A stretch of DNA of 64,000 nt, from NCBI GenBank assembly GCA_964016885.1, contig OZ024741.1, positions 96,596,001 through 96,660,000 on the forward strand, given 5' to 3'. The translations under genes were made by a program, and so were the position numbers. A model generated the notes under the pieces. It worked only from the letters and a program-made list of their open reading frames with translations. It did not search any database and was not told the DNA's origin. The first letter of the stretch is position 1; each line of letters begins with the position of its first letter. The stretch is from Eledone cirrhosa. Lineage: Eukaryota. Positions 1 to 13,340 of the stretch are shown one piece after another.

Positions 1-7
1 AAGCTCA

Positions 8-38
<31 letters not shown>

Positions 39-1161
39 CTTCTCATTCCACCACACACTTCTCTCCTCTTTGTTCTCCACCTTCTCATCCACCACAACAA
101 ACACCCCATCACCACCAGTGTGGCCCTGTGTTCCCTGAAAATAAGATAAAAAAACAACAAAATCACTAGATCGTCGTGCCAGGAATCCATTTGATGATAA
201 GTCTGCCGGTCAGAACTGACTTGATTCTAAAGAATAAAAATCACCAACAACAAAATCATCAACACTAGCAATAAACAACAGCGACAAATCGCCAATAGCA
301 CAAACCAACAATGGTTCCCATACAACACCTCACCAATGCCCCCTTCCAGCTCCACACCGCCGCCGGCGCGACGACCATCACTACCACCATCACCACAACC
401 ACCACCACCACCAACAGAACTACTAGCACCACCATCACCGCAATCATACACCCCACTACCACCATAACCACCACCATCACCACTACCATTAGCCCCACCA
501 TCAACAACCACAACGAGAGACAACAATAACATCGCCACTATCATCATTACCATCGCCACCAGCATTGATTAGTAACCAATAAAAATCATCGTTGCTATAG
601 TTATGGTCCCCATTTCTCCGCCGTAACGAAACCTCAACCGCCACCATCACCAATCAGTGCCATCTCCGCCTCCACAATTATAACAACCAACTTCATCACC
701 CCAAGAGCACCTTCACCATCACCTCATTCACAACATGACCACCGCTACTACCTACGATAGCTATCATCAGCATCATTATCATAAGCACTCCCAACACTAA
801 CGCTGCCATCATCAGCATATACCAAGAACTTCATGGTAATTATCTCCCCTTCCCACTGACTCCGTCATTGTTAATTATATAATTAAATACAAGACACGAA
901 ATCTTTGAAAAACATCAAAGCTGCAGGCGAAGTTTATTGATGTGTTGTTTATATATTGTACAACAACAAAAACAAGAACAGTAGCAGCATGAACAACAAC
1001 TACAACTTCAACAACAACAACAGCAAAAACATCAACATCAACAACAACCGCAACAGCAGCAGTGACAACAATAACAGCAACTATCTGACCATAAACAACA
1101 ACAGTAGCGAGAACAACTACATTTACAACGGCATGAGTTAGAGCAGCGATAATAGTAAGAG

Positions 1162-1347
1162 ATAATTGTTTCTACTTTTGGCACAAGGCCAGTAATTATC
1201 CAAGTACATTACTGGTACTTTATTTTATCGACCCCGTAAGGATGAAAGTCAAAGTTAACCTCGGCGCAATTTGAACTCAGAATGGCAAGGGCCGTAACTC
1301 TGTGCGTCAAAGCATGGCGTCCGACCCTCTATCGATACTGCCAATCC
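1162..1347 (-). mobile_element. tRNA-derived SINE (Nin-domain type), full length, with target site duplication
   Basis: Minus strand has A box TGGCAGTATCG, B box GAGTTCAAAT, core TTTCATCCTTACGGGGTCGATAAAATAAAGTACCAG and tail GGCCTTGTGCCAAAAGTAGAAACAATTAT. AGTAAGAGATAAT is duplicated at 1154-1166 and 1348-1360. Confidence 0.9.
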
Positions 1348-1654
1348 AGTAAGAGATAATAGACATAGATGGAGGAGATGACAGTGGGAGTTCGGCTGTT
1401 CCATGTTTGGACCATATCCTTGTGGTTGTGTTCATTATGCACAGAGTTTATAGTAAGAGTAACAACAGAAATAACTTTAAATTCAACGACACCGGTAACT
1501 ACATCTCTGTAACAGCAACTACAGCATATATATTATCAGTAACAATAACTGTAATTATAAGAATCACAAACATTACAACAATTATATCAACGATGTAAGT
1601 AAAAACTACTACAAATACGGGGCAACAACAGCAGTTCATTGGAACGACTCATTC

Positions 1655-1828
1655 GCAGTATCGGTAGAGGGTCGGACGGCATGGTTTCCAGCATAGAGTT
1701 ACGCCCCTTTATGATTTGAGTTCAAATCCCGCCAAGGTTAACTTTGCCTTTCATATTTACGAGGTCGATAAAATAAAGTACCAGCAATGAAGTGGAATAA
1801 TTCCTGGCCTTGTGCCAAAAGTAGAAAC

Positions 1829-1832
<4 letters not shown>
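1655..1832 (+). mobile_element. tRNA-derived SINE, same family
   Basis: GCAGTATCGGTAGAG head, B box GAGTTCAAATCC, GGTCGATAAAATAAAGTACCAG core, family tail running into (TA)n. Confidence 0.9.
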
Positions 1833-1862
<30 letters not shown>

Positions 1863-1867
<5 letters not shown>

Positions 1868-2165
1868 GATTGGTGCTCTGAAATAGGGATATATACATAA
1901 ATGTATGTATAGTATATTTGGCAATATACCGTATGTTTAATTAATAAACATTTAGAAGACCATACGCTATCAGTTTTGAAGTAGTGACTATGTCACCTTT
2001 TTTTGGCGAAAGAAGGGACAGAAGATGACAGTCTGTTTCACACTATTGGCCTTCATCGGAGCCACGAACTCCGCTGCTACCGCCGAAAATTATAGAAGCT
2101 AAATTTTTATAGAATTCCAGTAATAATCAGGAGCTGATTATACAGAGCGATTGTCGGTCCAGCAA
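1863..2165 (-). mobile_element. Short non-coding PLE-like element (family B) with degenerate hammerhead
   Basis: Homologous to both arms of 10330-10795 and flanked by (TA)n. Minus strand reads CCGATGA..GTGAAACAGACTGTC. Confidence 0.65.
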
Positions 2166-2188
2166 TATATATATATATATATATATAT

Positions 2189-2298
2189 AGTAATAATAAT
2201 AAATTTGAAGACTAAAATCAAAAGAGGGCTCGATAAGGATAAATATATATCAAATATATAAGAACCCTAGAGCAATATTTATTAAAATAACAAATTAA

Positions 2299-2303
<5 letters not shown>
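2189..2303 (-). mobile_element. 3' terminal fragment of the Naiad PLE family (family F)
   Basis: Near-identical to 62365-62480 and overlaps the terminus of the PLE at 26303; (TA)n on both sides. Confidence 0.75.
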
Positions 2304-2349
<46 letters not shown>

Positions 2350-2351
<2 letters not shown>

Positions 2352-2745
2352 GTATGGGTGTGGGAGGGGGTTGTTACTTACATTACTTTTCTACCTTGCT
2401 ATATGTATTATATATATATATATATATTATTATTATTATTATTATAATATATATATATATATTACTACTTTAGGCACAAGGCCAGCAATTACCCAGCGCA
2501 TTACTGGTACTTTATTTTATCGATCCCGTAAGGATGAAAGGCAAAGTCAACCTCGGCGGGATTTGAACTCAAATCGTAAAGGGACGTAACTATGCTGGAA
2601 AGCATAGCGTCCGACCCTCTACTGATACTGCCAATTCACCACCATATATATATTATAATAATAATAATAATATATATATATATATAATACATATAGCAAG
2701 GTAGAAAAGTAATGTAAGTAACACCCCTCTCCCACACGCATACAT
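2350..2745. repeat. Inverted repeat (about 100 bp arms) with a SINE at its centre
   Basis: GTTACTTACATTACTTTTCTACCTTGCTATATGTATTA in the left arm is the reverse complement of TAATACATATAGCAAGGTAGAAAAGTAATGTAAGTAAC in the right arm. Confidence 0.85.
2465..2643 (-). mobile_element. tRNA-derived SINE, same family
   Basis: A and B boxes, Nin-type core and tail on the minus strand. Confidence 0.9.
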
Positions 2746-3212
2746 CCACACACACATATATATATATATATGAGTGTACTGTTGTCGTGAAGTCGTGGTC
2801 CACTTCCATTATGATGTCCGAAAATTCTACAAAAATGTGCATGCGCGCAAGCGTATCTGGACACTCCAAAAAGGACTTTCAGTATTAAATAAGGAGTGCC
2901 AGTTTATTAAAGAGTCAGGCCAGATTGATACAGATCGTACCTCGAGCTGATCAATAGCGAAACGGGCGTCAACAACCAATAAACGTAATGAAAGTTTAAC
3001 TAATCGTCCATGTATTATTATCCTTATTATTATTATTACTATTATATATATATATATATATATAATAAGGAGTTGACGGACCCAGCATATTTATCAATGC
3101 CAGGACCGGTTGTACCTCAGCGTACTCAATAGTCAATGTAAGATACATTCCCAGAGTATACACATAGTTATTCGCTTCAATACGACACACGTAAAACGGG
3201 TGCTTATAATAG

Positions 3213-3328
3213 TTACCGGACTCGAGTTTCGGCCGCACTAATGCAGCAGTAAAGTGCACTGTACCCTCCATCTGCATATATTATGCAACAATGGATAATC
3301 GGTGTATATGGCTTCATCAGCGAGTATT
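3213..3328 (-). ncRNA. Candidate type I hammerhead ribozyme with 83-nt stem II region
   Basis: Minus strand: TACTCG CTGATGA AGCC...GGCC GAAA C TCGA GTC CGGTA; palindromic loop III as in PLE minimal hammerheads. Confidence 0.55.
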
Positions 3329-4189
3329 GCCTAATCAATAACCAATCGATCGACATAATCCAAACCCCAGCCTATGCCGGCCATGACTGTTTGTGACAAC
3401 CGACACGGTAAAGCGATTAGCAACTGGAGTCCGATACAACACTGTCCCTCGACTAGCCACCGATTTACAAACTTTACGTGGTGGCGGGAGAATAGAAAAC
3501 AAATATTTTTGTTCCCGTCAAAAGATCTCAGTCAACGTGTATCACACTCAAATTGATAAGAGGTGAACAGATGGTTATTAGAAATAGTAGTCCCATATAA
3601 TGTCTCCAAGTCCAACGGCTAGAGGAAAGCGATAGTAACAATGGTAGTGCAATGAATCTTTGACGGCCTTTAAATGCCATTATCTCTTATAGAGTGATAT
3701 ATAGTAGCGAGCTGAATTGCGCCAGCCGCGTGCGTAAAACCAGTCTATTTCACAACATAAAAGAGTGAGAGATAAAGTTAATAGCAGGAAATAAAGAGCG
3801 CATATCAATATATATATGCTCATCGAACCGGCTTCTGTAAAGTTTCTGTAGAAATATTAGAGAGAGGCAAAAAACATCAGTATGGGCCAGATGTCGTAGT
3901 CTGTGTGTGATTGATTGCTTGCTAATCAGTTGTCTCATCCTTCATTACTTTGGATATCTGTGTACAAACATACTTCAAAATTCCTATCGATTCTTATATT
4001 TTGGATTACGACACAGAATGAGCATTTCGTCATCCGTGTCTTGGAGCCCAGTTTTCATTATAATTTTATTGCATGTTATCTCACTATTGATACTAGTCGA
4101 ATTTGATCCTCAAAATATCCCTTATTGGTTAAAAAGGAAATCCTGTATTTCAGAGGAGATATTAATTGTGATTTCGTGATTTTTATAAC

Positions 4190-4500
4190 ATTCCCAGTAG
4201 CATTAAAATTGCAAATTCTTCACGACAAAGGTTAATTTAATAAGGTACTGATTTCTGATTTAGATAACAATTTCTAAAATTATACGGGAAACTAGAACGT
4301 GGTATCGCCATGTTTTAGTCTTCTGAATAGGATAAAAAGTTGGATTAGAAATGGAAATCGTCGCATAGGAACAGGTCACAGACAACTTTGCATCTTGGCC
4401 GATGTAGTTTATTGTAAAATACAAAATAAGTAGCCAGCCACTCCAAATATCAGCCAATTTTCCCAGAAAACATTCTACCGTCATTAAAAAATACATTGTT
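4190..4500 (-). pseudogene. Possible decayed GIY-YIG (PLE) remnant
   Basis: Only the NYIGQ motif in ORF 4260..4496; no continuous frame. Confidence 0.25.
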
Positions 4501-6149
4501 GTTAAACAACAACAAATGAATTATTGATTTCTTGTATAGGCACAAAACAAGAGATTTATATAGAAGGAGAATGAGATACTCTGAAGATCATGACTCCTAA
4601 ACTATGATGTTCATCACACATTACAACACATAATTATTGAAATGATATAATAACTTTTCCAATGAAAAACAAACGCACAAACAGAAATAACGCCATAGCG
4701 TCAGCATTAGGGAGAGCAATATAAAAGATACTTGACATCCTCATCAACAGTAACAGCAACATCAGCGTTTATTTAGTAACAACAAAACATTACGTTAAAT
4801 TTATGATCTTCACTACGATAATTAGTAAAAAGAAAATTACATTGTTTACAAAATAGATGTAGCATTAATTTTGTAATCTAAATATGTTTTTATCAGATTT
4901 TAAATATTTTTTGTTTCACCCTCCAGCAATGCTTTCTCATGCATATGTCGATATTCCAGTTCAGTATCTAATTCATAAACGTCTCTCAATTTCCCTCTCT
5001 CTCATTTATCTCGCTTTTCTTCTCTTTCTCTCTATCTATCTCAAATTAATATATATATATATATAAATGTAACTCATATGTATGTGTGTGTGCGGGCATG
5101 TATTTATGTATATATATATATGTATGGATGTATCTATCAGTCTACGTATGAATGTAAGTATGTTTATATGTATGCATTGTATTGTATTATAATTTGTTCT
5201 ATTTTTTATATAAATAAATTGAAAGAAAAGGTATTTAAATCGCTCATTGATGCAAAACAATTTGCTTAGAATTTTCTGAATTCTATTTTAGATTAATTAT
5301 GAAATATGCTGTCCTGTAAATGAGAGCTTCCCATACATAAACTATTCTTTCCAAAGTGCAATCTATTACATGGACTAAATTGTCTTGATTAATAGAAATA
5401 ATAATTTTTCAGTTATTCTCCCTTTTATGGTTTATTTTCTTGTAAGCTACTAAATGTAATCTGGAAAGGTATACATCTTTTCCCCTTAAAATCAGCAGAT
5501 AGAATAATTATTTTCAAAGATAATTATACATAAAGCCTTATTTAGCATTTATCGATCATTGAATTTCCATGTTGCTGGAATATATTTTGTTTTGTTTTGT
5601 TTCTTCAATAAATGGTTTGTCAGGCATATCGTGTATATGAAGTAATGTAAAATTATTATTTACGTATGTACTTTATTGTTTAAGGTTTTTAGAAAGGCAC
5701 CCGTATCTAAATATCGTTTGCTAACAATTCTGAATAATAAATGTTAAAGACGGTTAAGCAAACAAATCATGGCCTATCAAGCAAACTATTATTATATTTG
5801 TAAAGGTGTAGGAACAAATAAGCTCTGCAATATTAACGGAATGAGACATTTAAGTCCGAGTGATCTTTGCCTTATCATCTCTCAGTCAGGACAAACAAAT
5901 TGAAGTATGTGATTAGATTTAAGAAAAGTTAGCTTGTGAATAGGTGATGTATAGTAAGTAAAAGTAGACTAAGATTTAAAATGAAGTATCCAGATAGGTC
6001 TCAGCCCAATAAATAATTTCGATAACTGATTAGTATCATTTGATTTATGTTACTAATGCTCGCGGGAAAGAAACCATGTAGCAACTCCCATATCTCTTTT
6101 CCTGAAACTAATAATGGCTAAATGTTTTTTGATTATAAGACCATAATAA

Positions 6150-7240
6150 TGTGAATTCCATTGTTTGACTGTCACAGAAACATGCCATAAATATTGTCTG
6201 AGATACCAACATGGAAACTGCGATCAAATTAAGTTAGTATCCGAAGCATATATTTTAAAACTCTCTCGTTAAGTGAGATTTATGAAATACACAGGTGTAT
6301 GTTCTCTAGATAAGACAGGCAACCTTTCTATCATGGCTCACAAATCTTATTTCCCCATACATAAGAAAAGATCTTAGGAAAGATCATAAACCTAACAATT
6401 CTTTTAACAACTTGAATCTATTCCTATACACAGAGGTCATTATTGTGTTTTCGACAAAGCCACCAATGCTAATTCAGTTTCTGTAAACGAATCACCAATA
6501 AACATCACAATAAAAAAGCTGATCAACACCACCACTCTCGCCACTTGGCATTCAGATAAGAGTATCCAGACCAAAGTCAATACGACTATTAATATGACAC
6601 TTCATAACATAACACTTTAATGATCTTCCAACCAACATTTTCAAACTATATATATTTATAGGCTGTTGCTATCGAAACTATAACATAATCCAAAATATGA
6701 CGTTTTGCATCACAAACGTCTTGATAAATGCAGCATGTAATCCTTTCGGTAAAAATGCCCACCCAGTTGCCAGTGAGGCTATCTGAATGGCATCATTCTG
6801 ACAGGCGGCAGTTCCACTGATGATTATATCAAATCTTAGTTTTTTTTTCAGCTACAGATATCGCCCTTCTTAGAATCGTAATTAGAGCCACATGCATGAC
6901 ATTACTAAGAAATACAGGCAATTCCTGGCAGATGGCAAATTCTTACGCTTCTTAGCTAACATTCAACCGAAATATCTCGTCTAATCACGACATCAAAACA
7001 TTCCATGAAGCACGTCCTCCAAAAGCAGGATCCCATCTAAAGAAAAACATCTTTTGTGAAGATGATTATATGCATGTATGTGTAAGTTTTGGATGTGCGT
7101 GTATGCGGGCATGTGTGCGTGTGAATGATGTTTGTGGGTGCGTGTTTGTGGTAGGGTTTGCCAGCCTCATATGACAATGCAACTCATAGCAGTTTTCCTC
7201 CAGGTTATCACATCACCATTTTCCCAGTGACGGACGGTGG
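6150..7240 (-). pseudogene. Possible highly decayed APE-endonuclease LINE remnant
   Basis: A (D)LNAK-like peptide can be read near 6540-6558 on the minus strand in non-microsatellite sequence; nothing else is clear. Confidence 0.2.
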
Positions 7241-7321
7241 TAGATGAAATCATAACAGGGACAGAGACAGCAATAAATCCCGTCCAATGGTCTAAAAATT
7301 CTGTCACTTCTCCTCCTCATA

Positions 7322-7387
<66 letters not shown>

Positions 7388-7499
7388 TTTACTTATCTAT
7401 CTGTCTAACTATCATTCTATCCCTTCCTCTCCCCACTCATACACGTATACATACATGCACATATACATACACACATACATACACACACATACACACACA

Positions 7500-7839
<340 letters not shown>

Positions 7840-8624
7840 GACATACATACATACATATATACATATATACATACAAGTACAGATATCATTTTTCCCACAA
7901 ACGTTCCTGCAATGTAAATTCCTATTCTCTCGTTTTATCTCTTTCATTTATATATTTTCTTTCTTTCATTTCTCTATAAATTCCAATTTGTTATGTTTTC
8001 TTTTCTTTTGGAATGTTTTCCTTATTTTATCCCCCCTTTGCTGTTTTCTTCAATTTTAGCTTCATAAATGTATTTTGTCACCGAATTCTTCATTGATATC
8101 CTCATCTCATTCTCTTTTCCATTTTCCTCTTACTCATTCTCTCCCACTCTTCCTCGCTTTCTATCCTCTGACATTGTTCTCAAACTCTAATAAGTTTCTC
8201 TTTCACACTGCCATTCTTTCTATTAAGTCTATTCCTTCTTGATATTTCTTTCCCTCTCCTCCGAAGTTCTGCATACCATTCTCCCTTCTTTCTCTGTCTT
8301 CGCTTTTCAACATCGTTTTCAATATTAAATAAATAAAGTCAGAATTTTCACGTCTTTAGGAAATCAATTCAAAGTGGAAACCTTTTTTTTTATATTCTAT
8401 AAATATTTTTTCCGGCTATATATATTTTTTTAATAAAATTTACTATTTTTATAACACAAACAAAATAACAATGACAACAAAAGCAACAACAACTGTATCA
8501 ACGACGACGACAGCTAAAGCAACAAAAACAACAGCAATTACATCAATAATAATAATACAACAACAATAACAACAACAGCAACAACTATAAGAACAACAAC
8601 AACAACAACAACAGCAACAACAAC

Positions 8625-8670
<46 letters not shown>

Positions 8671-9177
8671 TAGTAATTAGAATTTATTTTAATTTGTTTT
8701 ATTCTTGCAATAGACTATTTGCATTCATAACGAAGCTGTAATTTACATTTCTTTGTTTTTTTATATTTCTTTTATAGTTCATAGAAAAAATAGCAAAAGC
8801 AACGGCAACTCTAATACAAGAATAAAAACAACAACAATAATGAAAACAGCTACAATAATGAGAATAACATTAGCCATAAACGGCAAAAGAATACAATAAA
8901 ACGACCAGAAATATATAGAAACAAGAATGCATTAAAACAATAAAAATAAGATATAACCATTACGGAACGAAAACACTCATTACCCCAAATAAGAAACTTT
9001 AAATGACAACAAACATAGGAAGAACATAAATAATAACAACTTTAACACCATAGCAACAACACCAGCAAGCAAACACCTCTCCTAACAATATCATATCGAA
9101 TTGTAACAAGAACAATATCAGATCCAGTCACGTCAGGCTGAAAACATACATACCCTATATATATATGTATATATATA

Positions 9178-9813
9178 TGGAAAATGGCGTGCTGCGTGTT
9201 GCAAATGGGATACATATGAATAAAATTAGTCCGTCATTGGTATTTCTTCGCATTAAAGATCATATACCTCTGGCTGGTGCGAGCAATAACTAAAAGAAGT
9301 TATTGGGACACGTAAAATAGGGTTAAGCGAGCGAGACATGTAAACAAACAGAGATGGTAATGCAACAGAAAGAGAGTAAGAGGAGAAACAAGTCCGTGAT
9401 ATCTGTGAACTTAAGTTCGATCAAATCATAGACGAGGTGAGATCAGACCGTCCGAGCCGAGTGAGATGTAAGCGAGAAAAGGATTTCACACAGGTCAAGC
9501 GGAAGGAAGTGAGAGAGGGGAGTAGCAGAGGAGGTAAAATGAAGCTGAGAGATACAGAGAAAGGGGAAGCAGTAAGAAAGAAACAGACAGGTCACAGCGG
9601 AAGCAAAAATATATATATATATATGAAAAATGGCGTGCTGCGTGTTGCAAATGGGATACATATGAATAAAATTAGTCCTTCATCAGTGATCTTCCAACCG
9701 TCATTGGTATTTGTTCGCATAAAAGATCATATACCTCTGGCTGGTGCGAGCAATAACTAAAAAAAGTTAATGGGACACGTAAAATAGGGTGAAGCGAGCG
9801 AGACATGTAAACA
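9178..9813 (-). mobile_element. Non-coding element (family E) as a partial tandem, resembling a PLE pseudo-LTR arrangement
   Basis: 9178-9345 is directly repeated at 9622-9813. The whole unit is homologous to the reverse complement of 29535-29945; (TA)n flanks. Confidence 0.75.
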
Positions 9814-9827
9814 ATATATATATATAC

Positions 9828-10214
9828 AAGGGCAATCCCAAAAGTAAGGTCTCCTTCCGATACTGCAAATTCCGATATTGCAACTGTTCCTTTAAAATCC
9901 TGTGGGAAACCTCAGGAACCAAATTGCAGAGAGCATCTAGATTGATCCACCGATCTTTACGCATGTTTTCCTCGGAAGGAAACCTTACTTTTGGGATTGC
10001 CCTCGTATATAATAACTGCGCGAAAATCGCATTTGGCGGTAGCGTTCAACGGGAGCTTCTTTCTTAACGGCTGCCAAGCCAAGATTGAGCATCCCAGCGA
10101 AGCGCGCGCATGCTTGTTTGGGAGTGAAGGAAGCACCAATCACAACAGTGTTGACAACAGCCGTACGAACAGTTTCCCATTGCTTTGGAGACCTTACTTT
10201 TGGGATTACCCTCG
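9828..10214. mobile_element. Tc1/mariner-type MITE with three TIR copies
   Basis: TIR C(A/G)AGGG(C/T)AATCCCAAAAGTAAGGT(C/T)TCC at 9828 (+), about 9979-10006 (-) and about 10187-10214 (-); TA flanks. Confidence 0.85.
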
Positions 10215-10229
10215 TATATATATATATGC

Positions 10230-10795
<566 letters not shown>

Positions 10796-10799
10796 TACA

Positions 10800-10870
<71 letters not shown>

Positions 10871-10920
10871 GTATATATATATATATATATTATACATACA
10901 TACATATATATGCATATATA

Positions 10921-10997
<77 letters not shown>

Positions 10998-11003
<6 letters not shown>

Positions 11004-11043
11004 ATGTTCAAGTCCCTGATGGCAGGGCTCAAGCCGTTTCGAC
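10998..11043 (-). mobile_element. 3' fragment of family A element
   Basis: GTCGAAACGGCTTGAGC is shared with the 7603 element and it ends TTTCAT-(TA)n as the 62100 copy does. Confidence 0.6.
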
Positions 11044-11070
11044 TATATATATATATATATAATATATATA

Positions 11071-11948
11071 CGAGGTGTGTCAGAAAGGTTCCAGGACTGA
11101 TGTCACAAAAGATTTATTTCAAACCCAAACTTCAAAGTAATCCCCCTGGAGTCTAATGCACTTTTCCATCCTTTTCTGCCACCGTTGCATGCACTCCTGA
11201 AAAGATTCTTCCGGGATCCTCCGCAGTTCCGTCGTCACGGCCTTTTTAATGTCGTCCACGTCTTTAAAACGGGTCCCCTTCGGGTCGTACTCGAAGATCC
11301 ATGACTCATCACCGGTGATGACTGTCCCTAGCAAGTCTGGTTCGGTTTCAAGACGGTCGAGGATGTCGTGGCACACTTGCATGCGTCGACCCTTCTGGTC
11401 ATCGTTCAGCAGTTTTGGCACTATCTTCGCGCAGACTTTCCGCATGTCCAAATCTTCAGTGAGAATCTTCCAGACGCTGTCCCGATTCATACCCAGCTCA
11501 TTTACCATCAGTCGAACAGTCAGCCGACGATCGCTACGCACCATCTGCTTGACGCGCTCAATGTTGACCTCACTCCTGCTTGTTGAGGGCCTTCCGCTCC
11601 TGGGCTCATCATCCACGTCCTCGCGTCCTTCTTTAAACCTCTTGCAACACTCAAAAACACGTGAGCGTGACATCGTCTCATCTCCATACACTTGCTGCAG
11701 CGGAATTTTACCCAACCGTACCAGAAACTTCAAGTTTGTTCGTTGCTCTGTGCTCATTGCTTGGCGACCTGAAACAGAGGACATGTATATAAAATTATGA
11801 AGAAAAAAGTTTGATCGCTGCAGAGCGCTAAGATTACAGTTACATACTCCAGGAGATTTAGTTTGAAGGAGAAAACCTTTAGTGTGAAGTTTGGGTTTGA
11901 AATAAATCTTTTGTGACATCAGTCCCGGGACTTTGCTGACACACCTCG
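11071..11948 (-). mobile_element. Mariner DNA transposon, internally deleted, with about 65 bp TIRs
   Basis: TIR CGAGGTGTGTCAG..GACTGATGTCACAAAAGATTTATTTCAAACCCAAACTTCA at both ends; TA flanks within (TA)n. Confidence 0.95.
11119..11757 (-). pseudogene. Mariner transposase with in-frame loss of most of the catalytic domain
   Basis: MSTEQRTNLKFLVRLGK, RSGRPSTS, KVCAKIVPKLL and ITGDESWIFEYDP, joined directly to C-terminal KGTRFKD..QGDYFE. Confidence 0.9.
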
Positions 11949-11950
11949 TA

Positions 11951-12048
<98 letters not shown>

Positions 12049-12553
12049 TATATACACTACAATATCAACCTCTACAACAGCTACCAGTGTCACAGCAATT
12101 GCCAAAACTATTAAAAGTATTACATTTAGAACGATCGACGTGACCAGCGTGACCATATTCTCTACCACAGCAAGCATCAACGATACAAGAAAGAAAGCTC
12201 TGGATGTTTTAATCATAGATACCACCAGATCGACGTAATGGACATACAATTAATGTTTATGTCATACACATGTTCCATGAGAGTTTATATGACATTGACT
12301 GTAGCAGCTATAATTAACATCACCAACGACAGCTCCATAACTGCCATACACTAATGTCATATATACTACCACAGCATAGCAACATTACGGAAGGCCAAAT
12401 CTATTATCACTAACACTACAAGATAATTACACTCCATGCTTACCCAGCACTACAAAACAATGAAACACTAATCATTCTAATACCAATAGCACCAGACCCT
12501 GACGCACCAAACATATGTATATTTTCTTCTTGTCAATTACAAAGACGACGAAT

Positions 12554-12705
12554 AATGATTTCTGATTTAGGCACAGGGATAACAATTTTGAGGGGAGGAG
12601 TAAGTCGATTAAATCGACCCAGTGCATTACTAGTACTTTATGTTATCGAACTTTTGAGAATGAAAGGCAAAGCTAACCTCGGCTGGATTTGAACTCAGAA
12701 TGTAA
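12554..12705 (-). mobile_element. SINE, older subfamily, 5'-truncated
   Basis: B box, core, GTCGATTTAATCGAC insert and tail. Confidence 0.8.
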
Positions 12706-12934
12706 GTTAGGTGTCTCAATATAGTCTCGTGTCCTTGGTTCAGTCGGCAAAATCGTTCTCTTCGCTCATAAACAGAATATTTTGAACAATATATTTTTGA
12801 TATATATATATAAATATAAATCGAGTATATTGAGATCTAGATTACTTTTCATCACGGCTGAAGTGTAACTCTATATCAACATCAATTACTATACAAATAA
12901 TAACAAAATAAAGCATCTATCATTATTAGCACAG

Positions 12935-13122
12935 GGTGGTGGATTGGCAGTATCGGTAGAGGGTCAGACGCCATGCTTTGCAGCACAGTTACGTCCCTTT
13001 AAGAACCGAGTTCAAATCCCGCCGAGGTTGACTTTGCCTTTCATCCTTACGGGGTCGATAAAATAAAGTACCAGTAATACACTGGGTAATTGCTGGCCTT
13101 GTGCCTAAAGTAGAAACAATTA
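12935..13122 (+). mobile_element. SINE, full length
   Basis: GGTGGATTGGCAGTATCGGTAG head, B box GAGTTCAAATCC, core and tail. Confidence 0.92.
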
Positions 13123-13132
13123 TTAGCACAGG

Positions 13133-13340
13133 AGTGGTGGATTGGCAGAAGTGGTAAATAAAAAAGACTTAGTGGCATTTGGTCTGGCTCTTTACATTCA
13201 GCTTTCAAATTGCGTCGAGATTAACTTTGCCTCTCATCGTTCCAGGATAGATGAAATAAAGTACCAGTCAAGTACCGGTGTTGATTTTATAACAATTGTC
13301 CTTCCCATAATATTTGATGGCTTTGTGCCTAAATTAGAAA
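13133..13340 (+). mobile_element. SINE, older diverged copy in tandem with the previous one
   Basis: GGATTGGCAGAAGTGGTA head, GATGAAATAAAGTACCAG core, CTTTGTGCCTAAATTAGAAA tail. Confidence 0.8.

Noticed and set aside
5-1141. Gly-, Thr- or Asn-rich ORFs
   Set aside because: Translations of degenerate (CAC)/(CAA) microsatellite with no domain or splice support.
11758-12249. N-terminal extension of the 376-aa mariner ORF suggesting a host fusion
   Set aside because: It reads through the TIR, (TA)n and low-complexity flank; the transposase start is the ATG at 11757.
12935-13030. tRNA gene
   Set aside because: The A and B boxes belong to a multicopy SINE head; no complete cloverleaf or terminator.
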